Positions 8,838-17,809 of a stretch of DNA of 64,000 nucleotides are shown here, in pieces (the stretch's first letter is position 1; each line of letters begins with the position of its first letter). The translations under genes were made by a program, and so were the position numbers. The stretch covers positions 8,680 to 72,679 of the forward strand of contig CABYHL010000002.1 of assembly GCA_902518895.1 (NCBI GenBank), read 5' to 3'. The DNA is from an uncultured Alphaproteobacteria bacterium. Its GTDB lineage: Bacteria > Pseudomonadota > Alphaproteobacteria > HIMB59 > GCA-002718135. The notes beneath the pieces are model-generated. The model was not told the DNA's origin, made no database searches, and saw nothing but the letters and a program-made list of their open reading frames with translations.

Positions 8838-10073
8838 ATGCAATACAAAAATTTCTTTAAATCTGAATTGAAAAATTTAAAAGATCAGGGTCTTTATAGG
8901 GACTTTAGAAATATAGACAGACCTATAAGAAGTTTTCCAAATGCAGATGAAAGTTTCAAAAATAAAGAAAGAGAAGTAGAGGTTTGGTGTTCTAATGACT
9001 ATCTGAACATGAGTCAGCACCCAGAAGTCGTAAATGAAATTGTAAAAACACTACTTGAATATGGATCTGGTTCAGGTGGAACAAGAAATATTTCTGGTAC
9101 ATCAACCTATCATACTGAACTTGAAAAAAAACTGGCAAACGTTCATAATAAAGAGGCGGCATTAGTTTTTGCTTCTGCTTATACAGCAAACCAATCTACT
9201 TTATGGACTTTAGGAAAAAAAATTAAAGATATTGAGATATTTTCTGATGAATTAAATCATGCATCTTTAATACAAGGTATTAAGAATAGTGGAGCTAAGT
9301 GTCATATATTTAAACACAATGACATTGATCATTTAGAACAGTTACTAAAAGAGTCAAATGTAGATAGTCCTAAGTTAATCGTTTTTGAAAGTTTATACTC
9401 TATGGAAGGTATAAGATCGCCTATAGTTAAAATTGTAGAGTTAGCAAAAAAATATAACTGTATGACATATCTGGATGAAGTTCATTCAGTTGGACTTTAC
9501 GGTAAAGAAGGTAAAGGTATTGCAGTAGAAATGGGAGTTGAAGATAAAATAGATATTATTAATGGAACTTTAGCAAAAGCATATGGTCAAATGGGAGGTT
9601 ATATTGCAGCTAGTTCAGAAATAATTGACTATATTAGAAGTTTCTCTCCAGGTTTTATTTTTACAACTTCAATCTGCCCATCAATTGCTGCAGGAGCAGC
9701 TAAAGCAATAGATATTGTTTCTCTGGCAGAACAACTAAGAATAAGAATAAAAGAAAACGCAGCTTTAATAAGAGAAAATTTAGATTCTTTAGCAATCCCT
9801 TATTTGGATACAAATTCTCATATTGTAGCAGTATTAATTAATGATCCTTTTTTATGCAAAAAAGTGTCTAAAGATTTAATTGATGATCATGGTATTTATG
9901 TACAACCAATTTTTTTCCCAACTGTACCAAAAGGTTTAGAAAGACTAAGAATAACTGTTACCCCAAAACATAGAAAAGAGCATATCGAAAATATGATTAA
10001 GGCTCTTGATACAGTTTGGTCTAAAAATAATTTACCAAGAAAAAATATTAATAAATTTACAGCAAATATTTAA
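8838..10073 (+). CDS. hemA: 5-aminolevulinate synthase
   Basis: 411-aa class-II aminotransferase fold. Motifs '[12 protein letters not shown]', '[10 protein letters not shown]' and 'GTLAKAYG' (PLP Lys) match ALAS of alphaproteobacteria. Confidence 0.9.
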   Translation: MQYKNFFKSELKNLKDQGLYRDFRNIDRPIRSFPNADESFKNKEREVEVWCSNDYLNMSQHPEVVNEIVKTLLEYGSGSGGTRNISGTSTYHTELEKKLANVHNKEAALVFASAYTANQSTLWTLGKKIKDIEIFSDELNHASLIQGIKNSGAKCHIFKHNDIDHLEQLLKESNVDSPKLIVFESLYSMEGIRSPIVKIVELAKKYNCMTYLDEVHSVGLYGKEGKGIAVEMGVEDKIDIINGTLAKAYGQMGGYIAASSEIIDYIRSFSPGFIFTTSICPSIAAGAAKAIDIVSLAEQLRIRIKENAALIRENLDSLAIPYLDTNSHIVAVLINDPFLCKKVSKDLIDDHGIYVQPIFFPTVPKGLERLRITVTPKHRKEHIENMIKALDTVWSKNNLPRKNINKFTANI

Positions 10074-10972
10074 GTTTTAATATTAACATCAATCTGCCTA
10101 GCAGCAAAACCATAATAAACTACAGCTAAAGTTATTATAAAACCTCCAATTATTACAGTTGTACTTGGTACTTCATTTATTCCAAAAATTGGAAGCCAAA
10201 CCCATAGAACTCCTCCAACAACTTCCATTAACGATAAAAGTGCTAGCTCAGCTGAGGGTAAGTATTTTGCTCCAAGACTGTAAAGTATTAAGCCGGCAGC
10301 AACAATTATTCCATGAAGTATACTCAAATAACTATTTATTTCAGGCATCAGAATGAAAGGGTCAAAAGAGAAGCCTAAAATAAAGAACGCAAATATTGTA
10401 CAAAATAGTCCCGCTAAAACAACTGTTGTGAATTTTGGTGTTTCAGGTTTCCATCTTATTGTTACCGTGTATAATGCAAAACCAGTTGCAGAAATAAATC
10501 CTATTATTGCACCTAAAGCAGTTCCAGAAATACTGTCATTTATAATCATTACGCACACACCTATAAATGCTACAACCATTGCAATTAATGTTGATCTTTT
10601 TAGTATTTCACCAAGAACAAAATAACCAACAATGGCTGCAATAAAAGGCATCGCTGCTAACATAAATAATGTTACGGCAGCCGTAGTCATAGTAATAGAA
10701 AAAATGAACCCAGTAAAAGCTGTTGCTAGAAATAAACCTCCAAGTATAGATGGTATTCCTATTTTGAGAAAATTTTTATAAAAAGCAAAACCTTCCCGAA
10801 AAAATAAATATATAAGAAGAATAATTGAAATTGTTAAACCTCTATAAAATAAATATTGAAAAACATATTGATGACCATCCACCATATATCTAACGGTCAA
10901 CGCTCCAAAACTCCAAAAAATTCCAGCAAGAAATACTACACTAAAAGCATATAAATAAGAATTTTGACTCAT
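10070..10972 (-). CDS. EamA/DMT-family transporter
   Basis: 300 aa, about 10 TM helices, two-fold EamA-like organisation. Its stop overlaps the ALAS stop (TTAA). Confidence 0.8.
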   Translation of the reverse strand: MSQNSYLYAFSVVFLAGIFWSFGALTVRYMVDGHQYVFQYLFYRGLTISIILLIYLFFREGFAFYKNFLKIGIPSILGGLFLATAFTGFIFSITMTTAAVTLFMLAAMPFIAAIVGYFVLGEILKRSTLIAMVVAFIGVCVMIINDSISGTALGAIIGFISATGFALYTVTIRWKPETPKFTTVVLAGLFCTIFAFFILGFSFDPFILMPEINSYLSILHGIIVAAGLILYSLGAKYLPSAELALLSLMEVVGGVLWVWLPIFGINEVPSTTVIIGGFIITLAVVYYGFAARQIDVNIKT

Positions 10973-11146
10973 TATTAAAAGGTCAAATCATTAAATTTAA
11001 TAAAAGTAAATTAATATTTTAGTTATTTATTTGAATACCTGTTGTTTTACTTCCTGAAATCTTAAAATTAACTTTATTATCATCTTTTCTTTGTATTTCA
11101 GATACGGTTGACATTTTGCAACTGTAAATAAAAAGAAATAAAAAAA

Positions 11147-11650
11147 TTATTGGCAACTGCCTATAGAACCAAGAGCACATTTTTTACCATCTATCCATAT
11201 AGCATTTGACAAATTTGCTTCATCAAAAATTGCACCTGAAATATTAGCACCAAGTAGATTTGCCTCATATAAATTTGCACCTTTAAAAGTCGCTCCAAAG
11301 AGATTAGATCCCTCAAAATTTACTTTTGCAAGGTTTGCATTATCAAAGTTAGCATTATTACAATTTGCTCCTTGTAAATTTGAAGCATATAAATTTGAAT
11401 TACTGAAATTTGAGAAGATAAAATTCCCAATAGATAAATTTGAATTATTAAGTTGAGATTTTTCAAAATTAGATAAAGATAAATTAACTCCTGACATTTG
11501 AGAATTTGCCAAACCAGTACCAGAAAGATCGAGATTTTCTACAAAATTACAATTAGTCCAATCTACCTCATTTGCTGGTTGATCACTGCAAGCAGCAAAT
11601 ACAGGATGTGAGCTAAAGAAACTTAAAACAAATAAAATTAAAAATCTCAT
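11147..11650 (-). CDS. Secreted pentapeptide-repeat protein
   Basis: Signal peptide 'MRFLILFVLSFFSSHPVFA' followed by continuous A(D/N)LxX pentapeptide repeats ('ANLYEANLLGANISGAIFDEANLSNA'). Confidence 0.8.
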   Translation of the reverse strand: MRFLILFVLSFFSSHPVFAACSDQPANEVDWTNCNFVENLDLSGTGLANSQMSGVNLSLSNFEKSQLNNSNLSIGNFIFSNFSNSNLYASNLQGANCNNANFDNANLAKVNFEGSNLFGATFKGANLYEANLLGANISGAIFDEANLSNAIWIDGKKCALGSIGSCQ

Positions 11651-11692
11651 ATTTAATTTTTTATGATTAGTTTATGTTAAATTTAAGGCAAA

Positions 11693-13459
11693 TTAGCGTG
11701 AAGTGAGTTTTAATTCAATCCTTCTATTCTGTTGTAGATCACTCTCAGTTTCTCCATTACTGATAGGATAAAACTCTCCATATCCTGCAGATGCTAATCT
11801 ATTTGGAGGAAAACCTAGATTAAGAAGAAGTTTTAGCACTGTATTAGCTCTAGCTGAAGATAGTTCCCAGTTAGATGGATATCTTATTGTCTGTATAGGT
11901 CGTTTATCAGTATGTCCTTCTACCATAATAATCCAGTCAATATCGGAGGGGATATCATTAGTAGTCTCTTTTAAAGTAAGGCCAATTTCACTTAACTTTT
12001 CTTTACCAGATAGCTGTAAATCTGCTGAAGCAGAATCAAATAATAGCTCTGATTCAAAAATAAATCTATCTCCTACAATTTTAATGTCTTTTCTATCACC
12101 TAAAATAGATTGTAATTTTCCAAAAAACTCAGATCTATATTTTTGGAGCTCAAATACTTTAGATGTAAGGGCTTTGTTTAATTTTTCTCCAAGTACTTCA
12201 ATTTCTAAATCCTTAATTAAAGCCTGACTTTCACTCGCTTCTAAAGCACTATTCAGTAAAGCTATTTCTTTTTGTAAAGTATCAATTTGATTAGAGAGAA
12301 TTTCTACCTGTTCTAATGTTTTTGAAGCTTGTATTTCCATTTTTTCAATTTCTTCAAGTGACGTTTCCATTTGTGCTTGATTCTCTTCTTCTAAAGAAAC
12401 AATTTGATTTTGGAGGAGTTCAAGTTTTTCAAGTTGTTGTTTTTGTTTTTCTTCAGACAAAGACAGTACATTATTTAATTCAGAAATTTTTCCACGAAGA
12501 TTGAAAATAGTATTATCTTTCTGTAATAAATCTTTATTTAATCTTGCTAGTTCTTCATTTTTAAATCTAATTGCATCAAGTTGCTCATTAAGTGATGCAT
12601 CTTTTAAGCCAAGACTATCATTAATCTCTAAAAGATCATTCATAAGTTCTTGATATTGAGATATTTGACTTTGTAGTTCTTCATCTCTCAATGAAAGTTC
12701 AATGTTAGTCTTTTCTAATTCATCATTTAAACTTAGAAGCTTTTCATTTTTATTTTTAATTGCAAGTAACTGCTCTTGAATTCCACCTTCCTCTAAACCC
12801 AAACTTTCGTTAATGGCCATTAAATTTTCATTCTTCTCATTTAATTCTGCTATTGTAGATTTGAGAGATTTTTCACTTTCAAGTAGTTTAAAATTAGCAT
12901 TATCTAATTCTTGATTAAGTATTTTTAGTTGATCAATTCTTGTTGCAAGTGCTTTATTAATTCGTTCTCCGAGTCCCTCGGTTTCAAGTAAAGTAATTTC
13001 TTGTCCTTCATAAGTTTCTAATGCATTTGCAACTATTCTCAGTTCTTTTAAAAGACTACTAATTTGATCGGATAAAGCTATTATATTTTGTTCCTGAACA
13101 AATATTTCTGATCGTTTTTTTGCAACATCAGTTTGTAATTGCTCACTTAATAATTGCTCACTTTGTAAATTTAATTCTGTATCTTCAAGTTTTTTCTCAG
13201 TTTCAGAAAGAGTTGAAAGAGCTTCTTCTTTGTCTTTAGTTTCAATAACAAGTATTTTAGATAATTCATTTATTTTTGTTCTTAAATCTTGAAGCGCCTT
13301 ATCTCGGCCAGATATAGCATCACTAAGATATATTTGTGAAACAGTAAAAACCATTAGCACAAATATGATTACTATTAAAAGAGTAGCTAGAACATCGACA
13401 AAACCAGGCCAAATATTTGTTGTATCAGCAAGTCTATTTCTTAAAGACCTAGTAGACAT
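11693..13459 (-). CDS. MotB/OmpA-like peptidoglycan-anchored protein with about 400-aa coiled coil
   Basis: 588 aa. N-terminus 'WPGFVDVLATLLIVIIFVLMVF' is a single TM with a conserved Asp. Residues about 45-445 are an E/K/L/Q heptad-rich coil. C-terminal OmpA-like domain 'VEGHTDKRPI...NWELSSARANTV...NRRIELKL'. Confidence 0.8.
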   Translation of the reverse strand: MSTRSLRNRLADTTNIWPGFVDVLATLLIVIIFVLMVFTVSQIYLSDAISGRDKALQDLRTKINELSKILVIETKDKEEALSTLSETEKKLEDTELNLQSEQLLSEQLQTDVAKKRSEIFVQEQNIIALSDQISSLLKELRIVANALETYEGQEITLLETEGLGERINKALATRIDQLKILNQELDNANFKLLESEKSLKSTIAELNEKNENLMAINESLGLEEGGIQEQLLAIKNKNEKLLSLNDELEKTNIELSLRDEELQSQISQYQELMNDLLEINDSLGLKDASLNEQLDAIRFKNEELARLNKDLLQKDNTIFNLRGKISELNNVLSLSEEKQKQQLEKLELLQNQIVSLEEENQAQMETSLEEIEKMEIQASKTLEQVEILSNQIDTLQKEIALLNSALEASESQALIKDLEIEVLGEKLNKALTSKVFELQKYRSEFFGKLQSILGDRKDIKIVGDRFIFESELLFDSASADLQLSGKEKLSEIGLTLKETTNDIPSDIDWIIMVEGHTDKRPIQTIRYPSNWELSSARANTVLKLLLNLGFPPNRLASAGYGEFYPISNGETESDLQQNRRIELKLTSR

Positions 13460-13461
13460 TA

Positions 13462-14487
13462 TTATTTTTTAATTTTCTTTAGTTCTATTTCAATTTTCTT
13501 AAAATATTCTTTAATTTTTTTTGATTCTAATATTCCATTTTTGCTTAAAGCTTCTGTAAGGTTCATTAGTGTAGATTGTGTGTTTAATTGTGAAGATAAG
13601 AAATTTGATAATTGTTTATCAAGATTTGAAGAGTTGAAATTGATTTTGTTAAGTATTTCATTGAACTTCTCTAAATTGTTTGAAATTTTAGTTTGATTGT
13701 CAGACGATTTTTTAAAAGCATTTAAGAGGTTTTCTAAGTTATCATAGATTTTTTGAATTGCTTCAACTGTAGGCTTATCTTCTACTTTAGAAAAATCTGG
13801 AGAAGAATTGCTATTAAGGATTTTTTCAAAGTATTGACTAAATTTATTTTGAGCTTGTCCAAGATTTAAATCAAGTAATCCTAATATTAAAGAGCCAGCT
13901 AAACCTAATAAAGAACTGCTAAATGCAATACTCATTCCTTCTAGTGGAGCATTTAATCCATCTTTAAGAGAATTAAAAAAACCTGCAACATTTGTATCAT
14001 CTATACCTAGGCCGCTAATAACATTGCCAACAGATCCAATGGTTTTTAGAAGTCCCCAGAAAGTTCCTAGGAGTCCTAAAAAGACTAGCAAACCTACCAG
14101 GTAACGAGAAGTTTCTCTTATGCTTATCAAAGTCATATCAGAATTCTCTATTAATCTATTTATTGATGAACTTTTAAAAACAAATTTTCCGTCAAGATTT
14201 TTTAATTCAAGAGAAATATTTTTGTCTTGCCCTCTTAAATTAGAGAATGCTTCTATAGAATTTGTAATATTAAAGTTCGAGAAAGATATATATTTATAAT
14301 TCAAGTTAATGAGATGAAAAAAATTAAATATAATACCAATTACTAAAGCCAATAATATTATAATGTTAATAAAGATATTTGATAAAAAAGCATTTTGTAA
14401 AACTGGATATAATAAAACAACAATAAGAAAGACAGCAACCAAGAATATTGATGATCTAATTATGTAATTATTTAAGGATAGTGCCAT
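13462..14487 (-). CDS. MotA/TolQ/ExbB-family proton-channel protein with C-terminal helical tail
   Basis: 341 aa. Two N-terminal TMs, then the channel signature 'LVGLLVFLGLLGTFWGLLKTIG ... GMSIAFSSSLLGLAGSLILGLL', then about 125 aa of N/K/S/L-rich predicted coil. The stop is 2 bp from the next gene's start. Confidence 0.7.
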   Translation of the reverse strand: MALSLNNYIIRSSIFLVAVFLIVVLLYPVLQNAFLSNIFINIIILLALVIGIIFNFFHLINLNYKYISFSNFNITNSIEAFSNLRGQDKNISLELKNLDGKFVFKSSSINRLIENSDMTLISIRETSRYLVGLLVFLGLLGTFWGLLKTIGSVGNVISGLGIDDTNVAGFFNSLKDGLNAPLEGMSIAFSSSLLGLAGSLILGLLDLNLGQAQNKFSQYFEKILNSNSSPDFSKVEDKPTVEAIQKIYDNLENLLNAFKKSSDNQTKISNNLEKFNEILNKINFNSSNLDKQLSNFLSSQLNTQSTLMNLTEALSKNGILESKKIKEYFKKIEIELKKIKK

Positions 14488-14537
14488 AAATAAAAGATTA
14501 TATTACCTATCTTGGAAATTCAATAAATATTGACTGT

Positions 14538-15722
14538 TTAGTTGTATATATAATTTCTTGTGAGAGGCAGATTGTTAATATTCTTTGCTATTTGTATTTG
14601 AAAAACAACATTACCCATATTTACAAAGGAATACTTACTTGCCAATAGATAAAACTCCCACATTCTAAAGAAACGTTGATCAAACATCTTTATAATTTTA
14701 TCTTTATTTTTAATAACATTTTGATACCACTTTGAAAGAGTGTGAGCGTAATGTAGTCTTAAAACCTCAACATCTGTTACATTTATATTAAGTTTTTGTG
14801 TTTCATTCATTACCTCAGATAATGATGGAATATAACCACCAGGGAAAATATATTTTCTTATCCAAGGGCTAGTAGCTGTTGGTTTACCCCTTTGACCAAT
14901 AGTATGCAAAAGAAAAACACCATTTTCTTTAAGAATATCATTAGCTTTACTTAAATAAGTTTTGAAGTATTTAATACCAACATGCTCAAACATTCCAACT
15001 GATACTATACGATCATATTTTTCAGTCTCATTTCTATAATCTTGTAGTGCAAATGAAACTTTATCACTCAAACCTTCTTTTTGTGCTCGTTCAGATGCAG
15101 TTTTAAATTGATTTTCTGAAAGTGTAATTCCTTTAACTTTGGCGCCAGTAGATTTAGCTATTTCAATTGCCATTCCTCCCCAACCACACCCAATATCAAG
15201 AACATCCATATTTTCAGTAATTTGAAGTTTTTTAATTATATGTTCTTTTTTATCTTTCTGTGCTTGATCTAAACTCATATTGGGATTGTGAAAATATGCA
15301 CAAGAATATTGCATATCCTGATCAAGAAATAATTTATATAAATCTTCATTTATATCGTAGTGGTGTGCTACATTTTTTTTTGAATTTACAAGCTGATTAA
15401 TCTGCTGAAATGGCATAAAAATAGAAGATAAATATTCATAAAATTTATAAAACTTATTGTTAGAAATAAAGTCATCGTAACAATTAGTTATTAAATTAAG
15501 AAAGTCTTCTATAGTGCCTTTTTCAATAACTAACTCCTCATTCATATATGCTTCACCTATATGAAGATTAGGGTTTAGGAATAGTTTTCTTTCAATAGAT
15601 TTGTTTTTTAATCTTATACAAACGTGTGGATTTGAATTTCCAAATTTATAAATCTTGTCATTAGAATCTATAATTTCTAATGTTCCATCAAAATTAAGTT
15701 TTTTCAGTATACTGAATAACAT
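14538..15722 (-). CDS. cfa: Cyclopropane-fatty-acyl-phospholipid synthase family methyltransferase
   Basis: 394 aa with SAM motif 'VLDIGCGWGGMA' and CMAS-type flanking regions ('YSCAYF', 'WEFYL'). Confidence 0.88.
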   Translation of the reverse strand: MLFSILKKLNFDGTLEIIDSNDKIYKFGNSNPHVCIRLKNKSIERKLFLNPNLHIGEAYMNEELVIEKGTIEDFLNLITNCYDDFISNNKFYKFYEYLSSIFMPFQQINQLVNSKKNVAHHYDINEDLYKLFLDQDMQYSCAYFHNPNMSLDQAQKDKKEHIIKKLQITENMDVLDIGCGWGGMAIEIAKSTGAKVKGITLSENQFKTASERAQKEGLSDKVSFALQDYRNETEKYDRIVSVGMFEHVGIKYFKTYLSKANDILKENGVFLLHTIGQRGKPTATSPWIRKYIFPGGYIPSLSEVMNETQKLNINVTDVEVLRLHYAHTLSKWYQNVIKNKDKIIKMFDQRFFRMWEFYLLASKYSFVNMGNVVFQIQIAKNINNLPLTRNYIYN

Positions 15723-15808
15723 TTTTTTTTATTTTAAGAAAAACGTCACTTATGTCAATAACTCTAAATTATTAACATTTGATGAGAAAATAATTTGTAG
15801 AGATTAAC

Positions 15809-16033
15809 TTAAGCAGCAATGCGACGATTTTTTTGAGCTTCTTTTTCTTTTTTAAGCTCTTTTTCGTCAATATACGCAACATCACAGTGACTCTGACAAT
15901 AAGGCTTCCCAGCAACGGTATCAGCTTCACAAAAATGAAAATCTTTTTCTTGTGGATCTCCAATTGGCCATTGGCAACTTGAGAAACTGTGCATCACACT
16001 GTTTTGTTTAAAATAGTTTTTTAATATAGACAT
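15809..16033 (-). CDS. Small protein carrying only the GcrA C-terminal Cys-rich motif
   Basis: 'CQWPIGDPQEKDFHFCEADTVAGKPYCQSHCDVAY' matches the conserved C-terminal block of GcrA cell-cycle regulators. The ATG at 16033 (74 aa) is preferred over the track start at 16093. No N-terminal GcrA DNA-binding region is present. Confidence 0.55.
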   Translation of the reverse strand: MSILKNYFKQNSVMHSFSSCQWPIGDPQEKDFHFCEADTVAGKPYCQSHCDVAYIDEKELKKEKEAQKNRRIAA

Positions 16034-16190
16034 AATAATTTTTCTATTAAATTCGAGGTAGTTTATATTTATGAAAAAACCAGTATTCAACATTAAATAT
16101 AAAAAAGTTGTTAATTATCAATATGTTAGTATCTTAATCTTTTTGACCTACTATATGTTGATACATAATTTATAAGAAAAACGAATCGGT

Positions 16191-16373
16191 TTATCGAAAA
16201 AATAAAATTATAAACAATAGTGCCAAAAAAAACAGATAGGATTTGATTACAAAACTTTTAGTTAATTTGGATTTAGGAGGTTTTCTCAAATATACAAAGA
16301 AAACAATAGTACTCCAAAATAATAAAAGTATTACCCAGCCTGTTAAAAATGCGTAATAAAAATCGACAGACAT
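16191..16373 (-). CDS. Hypothetical small membrane protein (2 TM)
   Basis: 60-aa ORF with two hydrophobic helices, 20 bp downstream of msrA on the same strand. No recognisable family. Confidence 0.35.
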   Translation of the reverse strand: MSVDFYYAFLTGWVILLLFWSTIVFFVYLRKPPKSKLTKSFVIKSYLFFLALLFIILFFR

Positions 16374-16393
16374 AAGTTCCCTAAAGAATTAAT

Positions 16394-16855
16394 CTATATA
16401 GCGCAGTGCAAACCTGTTTTTTGGATATATTTTTGATGATATTCTTCAGCTTTATAGAATTCCTTAGCTTCTGAAATTTCAGTAACAATATTTATTCCTG
16501 CATTTTTAGCATATTCATTTTTTGAATGAATAGATTTATTTTTTTGATCTTCGTTATAATAATATATCGCTGATCTATATTGTGTTCCAATATCAGGACC
16601 TTGTCTATTTAAAGTGGTAGGATCATGACACTTCCAGAAAACCTGCAAAAGATCTTCATAAGATATTTTAGAATTATCAAATTCGACTAAAACAACCTCA
16701 GTATGATTTGTATTTCCTTGGCAAACACTTTCATAAGAAGGGTTAATAGTATCGCCTCCAGAATAGCCAACTATGGTATTTATTACACCTGGAGTTTTAC
16801 AAAATGTTTCTTCCACACCCCAGAAACAACCTGCACCAAATAATGCTTTTTCCAT
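16394..16855 (-). CDS. msrA: Peptide-methionine (S)-S-oxide reductase
   Basis: 153 aa with active site 'GAGCFWGVE' and 'GYSGG' and 'HDPTTLNRQGPD' motifs. Confidence 0.92.
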   Translation of the reverse strand: MEKALFGAGCFWGVEETFCKTPGVINTIVGYSGGDTINPSYESVCQGNTNHTEVVLVEFDNSKISYEDLLQVFWKCHDPTTLNRQGPDIGTQYRSAIYYYNEDQKNKSIHSKNEYAKNAGINIVTEISEAKEFYKAEEYHQKYIQKTGLHCAI

Positions 16856-16895
16856 ATTTATAAATATATATGTAATATAAAATATATCAATTTTT

Positions 16896-17477
16896 ATGAG
16901 TCCAAAATTTAAAATTTTAGATAAAAAGAATATTCACGACGGTTTCTTTAAAATGAATGAAGTTACTCTTAAATACAAAAAATATGATGGAAATTGGAGT
17001 AATGAAATAAAAAGAGAGTTATTTGGTGGTGCACAAGTATCCGCAGTCTTACCATATGACCCTGTAAATAAAAAAATTGTTTTAATTCAACAGTTCAGAC
17101 CCGGGACTATTTCTAAAGATAATCAAAATTATCTAGATGAAATAGTTGCTGGAATAATTGACGCTGGTGAAACTCCAGAAGATACCGCCAAAAGAGAATG
17201 CTTGGAAGAAACTGGATGTGAAGTAAGCAATCTTACATCTATACAAGGTTACTTTCCTGCCCCTGGATCGTCTGAATCTTTTTATAATCTTTTTTTAGGG
17301 GAGGTAATTGCTCCAGAAAAAGAAATTATAAGAGGACTAGAGAATGAAAATGAAGATATATTAGTTAAAAGTTATAGTTTTGATGAAGTAAAAACAAAGA
17401 TGAATAAAAAAGAAATTTTAAATGGGCTAACACTAATAGCATTACAATGGTTTTTTTTAAACATTGAAAGAAACTAA
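16896..17477 (+). CDS. ADP-ribose pyrophosphatase-type NUDIX hydrolase
   Basis: 193 aa with NUDIX box 'GIIDAGETPEDTAKRECLEETG' and an NudF-like N-terminal region. Confidence 0.85.
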   Translation: MSPKFKILDKKNIHDGFFKMNEVTLKYKKYDGNWSNEIKRELFGGAQVSAVLPYDPVNKKIVLIQQFRPGTISKDNQNYLDEIVAGIIDAGETPEDTAKRECLEETGCEVSNLTSIQGYFPAPGSSESFYNLFLGEVIAPEKEIIRGLENENEDILVKSYSFDEVKTKMNKKEILNGLTLIALQWFFLNIERN

Positions 17478-17809
17478 GTTCCTATACCTCTTTCATAAGG
17501 TTGAACTAATTCTTTACATATTAAGTTCATATCTAAAGTCTCAACATTTTTATCTATAGTTTGATATTCTTGACACTCATATAATTCGTTGTCTTTTTGA
17601 AGAACTGTAACAAATAAGATTATTGTTAAATCATTTCCAACCTCTATGTCACTTATAGCGTAGCTCTTTACTTCAAATCCTTCATTAATAAGATCTTTAT
17701 AAGATTTTTCTGACTCTAACCATTGATCTATATTTGGATTAGCTATTGATAAGTTAGAAAAAAACAAAAATACAGAAAATAAAAAAATAGTTAGTTTGCT
17801 TTTAGCCAT
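17474..17809 (-). CDS. Hypothetical secreted protein
   Basis: 111 aa with signal peptide 'MAKSKLTIFLFSVFLFFSNLSIA'. No family recognised. Stop overlaps the NUDIX gene stop (CTAA). Confidence 0.5.
   Translation of the reverse strand: MAKSKLTIFLFSVFLFFSNLSIANPNIDQWLESEKSYKDLINEGFEVKSYAISDIEVGNDLTIILFVTVLQKDNELYECQEYQTIDKNVETLDMNLICKELVQPYERGIGT

Noticed and set aside
11019-11114. A 31-aa minus-strand sORF (MSTVSEIQRKDDNKVNFKISGSKTTGIQINN) in the 174-bp spacer between the pentapeptide-repeat gene and the EamA gene.
   Set aside because: It has no SD and no recognisable motif, and it is short enough to arise by chance. It would need conservation or Ribo-seq evidence. The spacer more likely holds the EamA promoter.
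11693-14487. Interpretation of the MotA/MotB-like pair as a flagellar stator, a Tol-Pal core or a Zorya anti-phage system.
   Set aside because: No flagellar genes, tolR/tolA/tolB/pal or zorC/zorD-like genes are nearby. The long coil is on the B-type (OmpA) subunit rather than on the A subunit as in Zorya. The A subunit, at 341 aa, fits none of these exactly.
15772-15963. A 63-aa K/L-rich ORF overlapping the GcrA-motif ORF in another frame.
   Set aside because: Its composition (KKKKLKK runs) is typical of frame-shifted AT-rich sequence. The competing frame has a conserved Cys-rich motif.
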